This document shows positions 16,701 through 28,795 of a DNA stretch of 64,000 nt, in pieces; position 1 is the stretch's first letter; each line of letters starts with the position of its first letter. Under the pieces are notes generated by a model. That model was not told the origin of the DNA. It searched no databases and saw only the letters and a program-made list of their open reading frames with translations. The translations under genes were made by a program, and so were the position numbers. This stretch comes from Anthoceros angustus. Its lineage: Eukaryota; Plantae; Anthocerotophyta. The stretch covers positions 682,001-746,000 of the forward strand of contig VJWM01000116.1 in the NCBI GenBank assembly GCA_010909165.1. Direction: 5' to 3'.

Positions 16701-19104
16701 GTCGTTCCAAAGGGCCTGCAGTTTCTTGGCCTCGGGAAGGGCCCTCTGTTTCATGCACGCATGCAACAGATTCCTGTACATGTTCACTGACGGCACGCTG
16801 CCCGGCTCGTCCATGTACAGAAGGGAGTCCATAGCTCAGTCCAGACATCCCTCCTTGCTTACTGACTGCTGTGACTTGGGCTCTGCCTTTGCCACTGTAA
16901 CTCGTAACTCTTCTCTGATGGCCGATCGGCCCAGCCGCCGGGCCTCGCTGCGTTTGGAGGCCACCGACCCGAGCTAGAAAAAGGCGAACTGTGACGATTG
17001 GCAGCCACGCTACTGTGTGCGTAGGTACATAAAAAGGACTTCATTTCATTTTGAGCTTCGCCTGCCAGTCTGGTCTTCCCCTTGGCTTCTTGCCCGCTCT
17101 CCTTCGTCTCCGCGCCTGCCCTCCCTCCCTTTCTGTTGGTCACACAGACGTTCGCCATGGCTGCCTGCGTAGATATCAGCCCTCCCACCATCCCTTCTCC
17201 TCTCTGCGACATCGCCGTCGTCAACCCAACCCTGTCCGAGCTGTTGAGTCCGGCAGTCGTCCGCCTCCAACCCGACGTTCCAGCTCCCTTTTCTGCAATT
17301 GGGAAGCTCTTTGATCATTTGCGCTCCGCTCTGGAGGATGGCGCATCTCTCAATTCCGTTTACCCTGCCCGCGGGGTCTCCAAAACAGCCGCTGCAAGAA
17401 TCCTATTTGCGACCAGAAGCGGACGATAGGTCGTTGCCAGGGGCAGGAGCACTTTGGATCATGGTGCCTCTCCTGCGGAATCCAGCTCTCCGGATAAGCC
17501 TGAATCTGGCAGGCGTACAGGATCGGAAATGGGCGTGCAGGATGAGAAATGGCCGTGTGCACCAGGCCCTTGGAGCCCTGGAATCTCTGGAATCCCTGGC
17601 TTTAAGTCCATGATCGCAGTGTCGAACTTGGGCACGAGTCGAATGCATACTTGGGGAACCCTACCCTCCCATGTATTGCATGTGGAGGTAGGCTAGAGGG
17701 AGCCATGGATGTGCACACCAGGGTGGGCAAACCTAAGGAGGCCATACAGATGTACCATGAGATGCGTAGGTCAGAATGAAGGCGAATGCTCGCGCCTTTG
17801 TAGCTGCCCTGTCAAAAATGAGCTGGAGGTGGAACCTGCTCAACTTAGTCGGGTCTTCCAGGTGGGAGTCAATCTTAGTTACGGCGTAGAGGCGAGCGGG
17901 ATTGCAGGGGTGGTTGAGGTGTGATTGTAATTGTTGACTGGCAGAGGGTTCAGGAGTGTGTGGCGGACTTCGAAAACACTGTAGCAGATTGGCTTGCTGC
18001 GAATCAAGCAGGCAGGCACACAGACAATATCGTCACCCTCTGCTGAAGCTGTTACTGCAGTAAAAGGAATGGCGGAAGCTGCAAAAGCAGAGAAAGTCCA
18101 CCTTTGCAATGCACCTACCCATCCTTGAGGGAGTAGCTGAGGAGAGGACAAGATTCCATGTTGCTGTGCAGACCGTCCAGAGCGAATGGAAACCTCAGTC
18201 GATATAGGCGACACTCCGGTGGATGTCTGTTCTCACCACATTCTTGAAGGCCAAGAGTGACCTGGACCTGTCCAATGACCATCCCTTTGTCCAGGTTCGA
18301 TGGGGCCATTGCCTGCTTACACTTGTCAAGAAGTGCCGGAAGAAGCTTGTCTTGAGCATGAGTGGGGGCCCTTGTATGTTCTGCTCCTCAATACTCACTT
18401 CAACAGGCGGCATAGCTATGAGGGTCTGGCCCTGAAGCAGACGCACTTGGAGCTGGTGTCATCGTTGGTGAGAAGCTACCTGCCTTGGAGGACCTCTCTC
18501 ACAATCTGGCGATTGAAGCAGTGGGTTTCATTTCATTGCCTCTCCCCACCAAATCCGCGGCTTCAGGTGGGGACCATAACTTTTTTCACTCCGTAATGGC
18601 TGGCGGACTGTCTCTAGCCATGGTCTGCGATCTCTAACTGCTACCATTGGAATATGCTATGATCCTCCCTGGTGGGACGATACTTTCAGCAATGCGCGCC
18701 TGCTGTTGCTGATTTGGAGCCCGTCATGCCTACTCTCTTCATGCACTTTCTGAGGTCATTCGAGGGACCTGTTGAGAAGGCCAGTGCATCATCGCCCGTA
18801 CAGCGATTTGTTCGGCGTGAAGGTATGCTTGCCTTCAACTCCAATGCTAGGCTGAAAGCTAGGACCACTGCTGGACCACTGCTTTTCTGCTGCATCCCCA
18901 TCAAGGGGGTCAGCTCAGGTCAACTTGAGATTATCAGGCGAATAATTTGTAGAAATTGTTTTAGGTTGATATTTTGATTTAAATTTTTTAAAAATTATGA
19001 CCAAGGTTTTTCAGTCGAATCTGTATCCGACGATCTATGATATGCTTCTTACTAACTATGATATGCTTCTAATACTATGGTAATCGAAACGTTACCAATA
19101 CGCC

Positions 19105-19265
19105 GTTTCATGCCGTCGGAGTGTCCAATTTGAGACCCAATAAGCCATTTCATGCCGTCAAGGCGTCCCAATTTGAGACGCAATAAGCGTTTCATGCCGT
19201 CAAAGCGTCCCAATTTGAGACCCAATAAGCCCTTTCATGCCGTCGAGCGTCTCAATTTGAGACAC
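19105..19265. repeat. Tandem minisatellite, ~41-43 bp unit x ~4
   Basis: Unit TTTCATGCCGTCRRRGYGTCCCAATTTGAGACSCAATAAGC repeated with small variants. Confidence 0.85.
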
Positions 19266-20143
19266 TTTAGGGATTAAGACCTGCACATGGGATGAGAGAT
19301 CTGGTGGTGATGGCTCCTCAAGTGATAACAGGGACGATGATTTTTCTGAGCTTGTGGACTGGAACATGCACTCAACCCCTGGCACCCCCGCTCAAGGGCT
19401 GAATGATCTTATCCGTGCTCCGATGAAGATAGGAGAGCGACATATAATTGGCGCTGATCTGGAGGCTGCCCTCCACACTTTCGCAGACCAGGGAAGTAAC
19501 TTACAAGCCTTTGTGGAGGGGGTGGTGGTGTGGATCATCGTCTCCTTTACCAAGAAGTTGTAAAACATGCTCAACTGTTCTCCCAACTCAGCCTGTGAAC
19601 CAAATGCAATCTGCATCCTCTTTGCAACTGTGCGAACAGCACTGATGCGCTTCAGAGAGAAAGCCATCAAGCCATCCCATTACGCCTATTCTGCAATCTC
19701 AGGTGGATGAGACTTTGAAGCTGTGAGACATTTTCGGGCTGCTGGACAAGTCCACTATGAAGCGAGGTATGGTTGATCTCGATACACTCTTTGCGCCCTT
19801 AGTGGTCATGGAGTCCCCCTGTTCACCCAATAATTGGTCTTTCATGATTCCAACGCCTTCCCCATCTGCAAAGAGGTTTCACTCTCAGCTGTAATGGGTG
19901 GTCTGTCTCTCTAGTAGACATGGCCCGGTTCAGTAGTTTTTATTTTTGCTCTGAGTAGACATGTTCCGTTCAGTAGTTTATTTTTACTCTAATTAGACAT
20001 GTTCCATTCAGTAGTTTTTAATTTTTCTCTGGCTTATGTAAACCAATATCTTGCTATAGGGTTAGCTAGGCCATGTAACCACCTCATCATTTATCAGATT
20101 CTTTTAATGCGAAAATATTTCTACATTAAAAGAGAATGATACT

Positions 20144-22420
20144 ATGACCGTCAAGGACACTCCCTGTCCAGTTTGTGCTCTGCTCTGGTGTGGCATTAAA
20201 GGGGTAAAAACCCACGTTAGGTACATACAAAAAGACTTTGACCAGACTACTTGGGCTGCCCAAGTACGTCTTGCGACCTCCACCAGCTCCGTGGCTTAGG
20301 TTCCAGCGTCCAGTGTCGTCCTTCTAGGGTGCCTCTCTCATCATGGGAATGGTTGCGTGCTTAGCAAGATCACATCCTTGGGTTGTTCGAAACACCTTTC
20401 TTTGGATCACCTTGTGCTCGACTCCCAGGACGAGCTGGCGTAGTGTCTTCTTTTATACACTTGGTGTGTATGCGCGTTATGCGGGACTTGGTCATCGGAG
20501 GTCGCCACCGCCCGCCGCTGGCCAAGAATTGGGCATCTCTTAAAGAAGAGGCATTGGGGCTTCCAAGTTCGAGAGAAATCCGCGCTGCAGGTGGAACAAG
20601 CCCTGCAGCGTTGCAAGTTGTTAGATCAAGCATGTGAATATGCCTGGGCTACCAGGGCTCTCCGCTCCCTTCCTTTGGCCCATGCTTCTGAGGAGACCTT
20701 TGCGGCCCTTCGTGCCCTCCATCTAGCCCCGAAGGATGCCATCCCCCCGGACACGCTCGACTATGTCCCGGAGGATCCCTTCTCCCCGGACCGTGCAGCT
20801 TTTGCTCTGGCTCTCTTTACGGCCCCACGTCTTTCTTCTGCCGAGCTGCCAGGCTGCCAGGCTGTTCAATAAGGTCCCGAAGATGCTCAAACACCATCCC
20901 TACTACTTTCCATCGCCTACTACAGGGCCCTTTCCAGGGCTGCTTGCTCTGCGCGTGACTGTGTCTTCCCGTCGCTGGCAGATGACTCTCACATCCTTGG
21001 GCCTGGCGACAAGGTCAAGGAGACCTTCCAGCTCTTCTCCCATGGGCTGTCTTTGGTTGGCTTAAAAGTCAAGCTCTCCAAGTGCCGCATCTGGTCCCCG
21101 TCGAATATCCTCCCCACTTTGCAGTTCCCTGCTAGGGAGATTGCTCCGGCCTTGGGTCTAGGGATTATGGGGGTCCCCTTTGGCTCCCCTAACTTCATTG
21201 GAAGCTTCCTGGACTAGGCTGGAGGACCTGTCCCATGTTGAGGACCTCCCCTTGTTGGGGGATGCTCATGCGGCCTTTAGAATTCTTTTCTCCTGCTTCG
21301 CTAGGCGCCCTGGTTATTTCATCTGCACTCTCCCCCCGTCTTCGGTTCTCCTGTCTCGACATCAGGGGTTTGACAGGAAGATAATGGATACTCTTAGTGG
21401 TGTCATGGGCCCAAGCGCTTTCGAGTGCCCTGCGGGCGATTTGGCTCGCTGGCAAGCGTCCATGCTAGTGCAGTTTGGGGGCGCTGCCCTCCTCTCACTG
21501 GAGGTTTCTTCCTCGATGGCTTTTTTAGGTAGCTGGGTCCCATGAGCTCCTGCTTCGGCCTTTTGCTTCATCCTCCTGGATAGACCCTTTTTGGAAGATC
21601 TTGTGTCTAGTGTGGAGGAGGGAACCTTCCCTCTTCAAATTTCCTTGAGGCAGGCTAGGGAAATGCTTTTTGCGAATGCTTTGCGGGATTTTCCTCCTTT
21701 CTCGACATTCATCTCCGATGGTTGCAAGGGGTTGCAGGCCTGTGTTGTTGCTTGAGGAGTAACTCGTCCAGGCTTTCTAGTCCGTCCTCTTGGACTCCTC
21801 CATCCTTAGGTCCACGAGAGCTGGGCTTCGATCTTGTTCTGGTAAAGGCGCAAGCGCTTGGCTTCTAGCTCGTCCATGTACACAGGGTTTTGTTGTCAAC
21901 CCAACCACCTTTACCATTGCGATGCGATTCCGTCTTGGCCTGCTTCAGCCTGTGGTGTCTTCTCTTCTTATATGCGAGTGCAGCTTTGTCCTCGATGACT
22001 CTGAGGTATACCTTGCTCGCTGTTCCCATGCGGGTCATCGCATCGCCACCCACGACGCTATCCATGATGTCATGTTTGCCATAGCTCGCGAAAGCAGCTA
22101 CATGACTTGGAGGGAGCGAGGGTACATACTTCAAACAAGTTGTCTCGAGCAGAGTCAGCAACCATAAGATCCGCCACCAAAACCTGGTCACCGCAGACAA
22201 AATACAAGTCAGCCCTAATTGAGCGCACATAGCGAGTCTCCATTGCCCTTCAAAGGGCTCTCTCGACGGCAATCCTTAACAAGGCGACGACGGCAGGTGA
22301 CGCTTCTTCCTCTTTCTTTGTTATTTGTAGGCCATTTGTTCTTCCTGCATATGATGTTCTAGGCGCAGTAGCTAACTTTAGGTAAGGAGCTTAGTCGCTC
22401 CTTTTCACCTTGACCCCCTA
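20144..22420 (+). mobile_element. Degenerate CRE-like (restriction-like-endonuclease class) non-LTR retrotransposon
   Basis: N-terminal Cx2Cx12H finger (CPVCALLWCGIKGVKTH) after ATG 20144. Pre-RT motif EYAWATRALRSLPLAHASEETFAALRALH. RT core FPSLADDSHILG (YADD-like, ~20965-21000), GLKVKLSKC, GIMGVPFGS. C-terminal ASAWLLARP...AMRFRLG...CECx7Yx3C...IATHDAIHD (zinc knuckle plus RHD-like motif). Many stops and frameshifts; 3' boundary approximate. Confidence 0.75.
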
Positions 22421-23231
22421 GGTCAACCTTCATTGTCTCACTATGCAACATAACATATTATGAAAGGGTAATATGTAACATAATAATAAATATGGAATGG
22501 TAAGGATGTAATGTGATAAAAACTATGAAAGGGTAAAAATGTTGTTGCAAAGATTCATTGGTTTTCCTCGTTGGCTTGGCTGATCATATATCTTCTTATC
22601 TTCAAAAACCTTCTTCTTAGAGGGTATGATTTCTAGAATTCTAGAACAAGGTCTCATTATTATAATTATCAAAAAATGTATATTATATAACCTGGTTTTA
22701 GTCATTGTGTTTGGACTTGATAACAATAACACTTAAGTATGTTTTCTTGTTTGACGAAGTAGTCATTGCTCGTTCAAATATAGCTCTGTGTGAAGCTATT
22801 TCCTTTGCTACAGCTCTTGTTCCCTCAATCTCTTATAGTGTACTTTTACTACCTTTAGTGTATGTTGCTATGCAATTCTTTCCAGCCCACCTTTCACCAC
22901 CCCAAGTCTCCTACCCTCTGCCATGTAACTCCTACCACCCACCCCAATCCTATCCACCTGGAGCGCAAGTCTTAAAAAAAGTGAAGGTTTAGTGATGTGG
23001 AATCCAAAAAGAAGTCTCTCCAGATACCAAATATAGAAGAAGAAGAAGTGTATTATAACTGGTGTGCAGAAGCAGCATCACTAGTGTCCGATGAGCTGTG
23101 AGGGGCGATGAGTAGAATCCACGAGAACGGAACGGGCAGTAGAAGGCCAGGAGACCGGTTAACGGATGTACCTGAAAAACGGCAGGCCATAATGCGGGCC
23201 TAACCAGCACCCAGCAGCCATTGATGAGGTC

Positions 23232-25545
23232 GCACGGAACGGGGAACGGGGAGCGGGGAGGCGTGGTGACGGGATCAGGGGCGGGCAGGCTGGTGCAAGT
23301 CGCAACCAACATGAAACATGAATGAACGAAGCAGAAGCAGAAGCAGAAGCAGAAGCGGAACAGAAGCGATGCAGTCTCGGTTCTCGGTTCTCGGTTCTCG
23401 GTGGGTGGTCGGCCTCGGCAGCTAGCGTGTCGGCTGAAGGCGCGGCCCCACACGCTCCCTTATCACGTCAGTCCCTCTCTCTCTCGCCCTCTCCCTCTCC
23501 TCCCCATCCGCGGGGACAGAAGCCACCCGCGCAGGCTGGCTTCAGACATGGCCTCTTGTTTACTCCCTGCCCGCAAATATCCCGGCCCGGCCTTCCGCCT
23601 GCCGCCTGCTGCCTGCTGCCTGCTGCCTGCTCGTACCGCCATACGGCCCGCGGTTAAAGTCGCCACCAACCAGACTGGCCCCAGGCCGCTGGCCGTTGCT
23701 CCCTCCCGCGCCTGTCCCTGATTAATATTAATATTAATATTAATATTAATATTAATATTAATATTAATATTAGTACTAATGCGGGCTGCCGGGCCCGGGC
23801 CGGAAGCCTCAGGCCTCCAGCCTCCGGCCTTGAATCGCTCCTGCCCCAAGTGCCCAACTGTTGAATGCAGCTCCCGCGCCCTGGATCCCGCCGATCCGAC
23901 CCAACGTTAACGCCACGCACACCTCTCTCCACTTCTGTCTCCTTCCCTTCTTCACTCCCGGAGCCGGGGCCGGAGCCGGAGCCGGAGCCGGTGCCAGCCG
24001 TACGATTGTTGCTCCCACCCGCTTCCCGACGCCCTCGCCTCCCAATTCCGGTCGTGAAAGCGGCAATGGACGGCGGGCCCGGGCAGGGATGGGGCGGTGT
24101 GGCCAGCAATTTGGGGCGCTGAGGCGCCCCATGGCGGAATTCGGAGCTGCGGGGAAGCTTCCCCGCCTCCGGCTCCGGCTCGCTGCCCAGAGTTGGAGCT
24201 CGCGAAGGGGAAGAGCACGGCCATTGCGCGGCCCGGCTGTGTGAGGCCGGATCCCAAGCTTGTGGCCATGGGATGGGGATGGTGGTGCAAGATGTTGCTG
24301 CTGGCCTGTGTGCTGCATTGGGCGCTGCTCTCGGTATGACAATGTGGGATGATGCAACATGAGTTTGTTAGTCGCTGGAGGTGTGGCACAGGGGAACGGG
24401 AACGGGGAGCAGGAGGCGTGGTGACGGGATCAGGGGCGGGCAGGCTGGTGCAAGTCGCAACCAACATGAAACATGAATGAACGAAGCAGAAGCAGAAGCA
24501 GAAGCAGAAGCGGAACAGAAGCGATGCAGTCTCGGTTCTCGGTTCTCGGTTCTCGGTGGGTGGTCGGCCTCGGCAGCTAGCGTGTCGGCTGAAGGCGCGG
24601 CCCCACACGCTCCCTTATCACGTCAGTCCCCTCTCTCTCTCTCGCCCTCTCCCTCTCCCTCTTATCCGCAGCGGGGACAGAAGCCACCCGCGCAGGCTGG
24701 CTTCAGACATGGCCTCTTGTTTACTCCCCTGCCCGCAAATATCCCGGCCCGGCCTTCCGCCTGCCGCCTGCTGCCTGCTGCCTGCTCGTACCGCCATACG
24801 GCCCGCGGTTAAAGTCGCCACCAACCAGACTGGCCCCAGGCCGCTGGCCGTTGCTCCCTCCCGCGCCTGTCCCTGATTAATATTAATATTAATATTAATA
24901 TTAATATTAATATTAATATTAGTACTAATGCGGGCTGCCGGGCCCGGGCCGGAAGCCTCAGGCCTCCAGCCTCCGGCCTTGAATCGCTCCTGCCCCAAGT
25001 GCCCAACTGTTGAATGCAGCTCCCGCGCCCTGGATCCCGCCGATCCGACCCAACGTTAACGCCACGCACACCTCTCTCTCCACTTCTGTCTCCTTCCCTT
25101 CTTCACTCCCGGAGCCGGGGCCGGAGCCGGAGCCGGAGCCGGTGCCAGCCGTACGATTGTTGCTCCCACCCGCTTCCCGACGCCCTCGCCTCCCAATTCC
25201 GGTCGTGAAAGCGGCAATGGACGGCGGGCCCGGGCAGGATGGGGCGGTGTGGCCAGCAATTTGGGCGCTGAGGCGCCCCATGGCGGAATTCGGAGCTGCG
25301 GGAAGCTTCCCGCCTCCGGCTCCGGCTCGCTGCCCAGAGTTGGAGCTCGCGAAGAAGAGCACGGCCATTGCGCGGCCCGGCTGTGTGAGGCCGGATCCCA
25401 AGCTTGTGGCCATGGGATGGGGATGGTGGTGCAAGATGTTGCTGCTGGCCTGTGTGCTGCATTGGGCGCTGCTCTCGGTATGACAATGTGGGATGATGCA
25501 ACATGAGTTTGTTAGTCGCTGGAGGTGTGGCACAGGGGGAACGGG
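23232..25545. repeat. ~1.15-kb near-identical tandem duplication of the LRR-RLK upstream/5' region
   Basis: ~23232-24385 matches ~24386-25545 (the ORF track shows duplicated peptides such as MNEAEAEAEAEQKRC). Differences are mostly short indels. Confidence 0.9.
23721..23771. repeat. (ATTAAT)n self-complementary microsatellite (second copy ~24876-24920)
   Basis: 8 units in copy 1 and 7 units in copy 2, embedded in very GC-rich sequence. Confidence 0.95.
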
Positions 25546-28470
25546 GGGAACCAGCGTGCCACCTGCCTGGAGCTTGGAAGTGTGCTGACGTCCTTGTGTG
25601 TGTTTTGCTTCTCTTGTGGCTGGTGCTTGGCAGGCGGCTGGGGCTGGGGCTGGGGCTGCGCTTCCGGCGAGCGAGGCCGCGGCGTTGCGGAGGCTCAAGG
25701 CGTCGCTGCGTATCGGGAACGGGAGCTGGCCGTGGGGGCAGGCCAGGGAAGCGTGCGGGGCGTGGGCTGGGGTGGTGTGTGGGGAGGCACGTTGTGGGGA
25801 TTGGGCTGGCGGGGCTGAGCCTGGGAGGACAGGGGCAGCCGCTGCTGGATCAGAATGCGCTCCAGGCTCAAGTTTCTGGGGAGCTTCAATGCGTCGGGGT
25901 TTCGGCTGGCGGGGGAGGTGCCGGGGTGGCTGGGGAATGTCACCTCGCTGGAGGAGCTGGATTTCACCTCGTCGGACCTGGAGGGCAAGATTCCGGGCTC
26001 GCTCGGGGGGCTGTCGAGGCTGGCAATTCTGGCTTTGGGGGGGAACCGCCTCTCCGGGGGCATACCCGCCACCTTCGGGAATCTCTCCAGCCTGGCTCTG
26101 CTCAACCTGTCCGGGAACATGCTTACCGGCCGCATCCCGAGGACGCTGCGGGACCTGCCCAGGCTGCTTCTGCTGGACGTGTCTGGGAACAACCTCAGCG
26201 GGCCTATCCCCGGGTATGCAGTGGCGCGCCCTCTGCAGCAGCTGCTGCTCAGGAACAATTCTCTCACGGGGGCTATTCCCCGGTCCATCGGCCGGCTCGC
26301 ATCGCTGCGGATTTTGGATGTGGCTTTCAACGGCTTGTCTGGGGGGATTCCGTGGGAGATTGGGGGTTTGGGGAATCTCAGTGCGCTTCACGTGGAGGGG
26401 AATTTGTTGAACGACTCCATCCCTGCAAACATCACCGGGTTGCAGAGCCTGGTGGTGTTGGAGGCTTCCAGGAATGGGCTGTCCGGGATGCTGCCCGAGG
26501 GGATCGGGGATTTGAAGCAGCTGGAGAGGTTGCGGGTGGCGCACAATCTGCTGCTGGGGCCTCTTCCGGAGGGGCTGGCGGGCTTGGAGAAGCTCACGGT
26601 GTTGGATGTTTCGGATAATTTCTTTGAGGGTGTTTTGCCTGCCGGCTTGCTTTCTTCTGCTGATGTCGGGGGGAACTGCTTCAGCAATGGCACGGGGGGG
26701 CAGCAGCAGCAGCAGCTTTCTTCCTGCGCTGCGTTCTACTCGCGGCAAGGGCTCCAGTTTGGTGGAGCTGAACCCAGTGCGAGCCCGGCTTCCGGGCCCT
26801 CGGTTGGGCCCGTTCCGATTCTGATGCAGGGGGTCGGGGGGAGTGGCGCGGGGAGCCATGCCCGGTACAAGCTCATTGCCGCTGCTCTTTTGGGCGGGGT
26901 TGGGGGGCTGTTGCTGGTGCTTCTGGTTGGCTGGGTTGCTCTGTGTGTTCTCACGAGAGCCGGGACAGGAGGAGGAGCGGGAGTAGGTTCTGCTTACAGC
27001 CATGACTGTGCCGATGTTGCTGATGCTGGTAGAGCGGCTCCGGCTGCTCTAGATTTGGCTCACCGGCTGGGAGAGGCGTTTGCGTATGCCATCTTGGAGC
27101 AGGCGACGAGGAAGTTCCATGCTGGGAACTTGATAGTGGCGGGCCATTCGGGAGACCTCTACAGAGGATTGCTGGATGGACATTTAGACGTAGTGGTGAA
27201 GCGGATAGAGACGAGCAGGGTTAGAAGAGGCTCCTGTGCAGCAGAGCTTGATGTCATGTACAGGACTTCGCACATCAGGATAGTCTCGCTCCTAGGACAT
27301 TGCTTGGATAAGGAGGATGTCAAGTTCTTGGTTTACAGGTACATGCCGAATGGGGACCTGGCGTCCTCCCTACACAGGAAGAAGCTCGTCAGTCTGAGCC
27401 CTGGGGGAGCAGAGGTAGCGAACTCTCTAGATTGGATAACTAGGCTCAAGATTGCTATCGGTGTGGCAGAGGGGCTCACCTACCTGCACCACCAGTGCAA
27501 CCCTCCTCTCGTGCACAGGTGATGTCAACTTTCTTGTTGCTTCGTCTGCTGTCCTGCTAGGGTGTGTCAAAACCCTCTTCTCACACTCTCGTCCTCCTCT
27601 GCTTGTTCAGGGATGTTACATCAACCAGCATCTTGCTGGATGACAAGTATGAGGTCAGGATTGGGAGTTTGTGTGAAGTTCATTCGCAGGATGGAGACTC
27701 CCACCATCCCAGTATCATCTCACGTCTTCTTGGACTATCATTGTAAGCTTCCTGTCCTGTCAAGGTTGTGCATTGGCTAGATTTCTTGTTTCTTCTTCAT
27801 GCTGTGGCTGACTATTCAACATGTCCTCTGCAGTAATTCGGAGCAAGTAGAGCAAGGTGGATTCGTACCCGCGGCATCCACCTCACAAGATGTCTACAAC
27901 TTCGGGAAGGTTCTGCTGGAGCTAGTATCTGGACAGATCGGCATCAGCAGCTCCGCAGACTCCAGGGCAGACGCATGGCTAGAATGGGCTCTCCCTCTGG
28001 TCGACATCCACGACAGGGAACTGCTCCCCAGGCTCGTGGATCCCACCCTCACGGTGGACGAGGATCTGCTAGAGGAGGTCTGGGCCGTGGCCATCGTAGC
28101 CAAGCTCTGCCTCAACGTCAGGCCAAGCAAACGACCAAGCATGCGGCACGTTCTCAGAGCCTTAGAGAACCCGCACAAGGTGATCAGAGAGGACAACTTC
28201 AGGGAAACTCTCTCCCTGAGAACATCCTCTCACAGCTCCTGGAACGAGGCTCTCTTCGGCAGCTGGAGGAGCAATTTTTCTTCCCAACGCTTCGGCCCAT
28301 TGCCAGGGTCACTGCGGGAGGAGTACTCGCTCAAGAATGGAATTGCAGGAATTCAGCTGGCGACCGGGCCGGTCCCGCACTCCAGGCGGGTCTCCAGTGA
28401 GATCGTCCCCGAGCCTTTCAAAGAACGCTCTTTCCCGCCTCACCAGGGGGAACTCGAGCTTGTGCACTGA
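25503..28470 (+). CDS. LRR receptor-like kinase, LRR-XIV (At2g16250-like) atypical kinase; apparent frameshifts in the N-terminus
   Basis: Plant LRRs (LxxLxLSxNxLxGxIP) in 25855-26680, TM segment LIAAALLGGVGGLLLVLLVGWVAL, kinase GHSGDLYRG...VVVKR...HR/DVTSTSILLDDKYEVRIGSL, last exon DLLEEVWAVAIVAKLCLN...SSHSSWNEALFGSWR. Signal peptide and LRR-NT cap are spread over three frames at 25503-25870, so the start is inferred. Confidence 0.9.
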
Positions 28471-28795
28471 ACCTCAGGGATCCTTGAAATTTCACGCCAT
28501 CCATGGAAATTCCTGTCCGGTTCCCGGAGCTTTGCACCTACCTCGGTCTAGGTCTTTTGAGGGCATTCAAGGCGCACATGATCCGCTCACATGCATATTG
28601 AATGCAGCGTGAACATGAACGGCCCCTGGTACTGACGGATTCATGTTCATCCTCGTGACCGTTCTGTCCTCCTCTCTGGCAAACACCTTTAACACACCTG
28701 GTTGCTTGACCGAGCGTGTGCCCATCCGGGTCTCCTGCACGTCCAACTGCTCTGGTTAGGCGGACCAGCGGAGACTTCATCAGACCTGGTGTCAG

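Noticed and set aside
25600-25870. Programmed frameshifting or pseudogenisation of the LRR-RLK (likewise the methyltransferase and CTR9)
   Set aside because: Shifts sit in GC-rich or homopolymer tracts, and duplicated copies elsewhere in the window disagree at such sites. Sequencing error is the simpler explanation.
24958-27003. 681-aa minus-strand ORF
   Set aside because: Antisense shadow of the GC-rich LRR-RLK coding sequence with no domain motifs.
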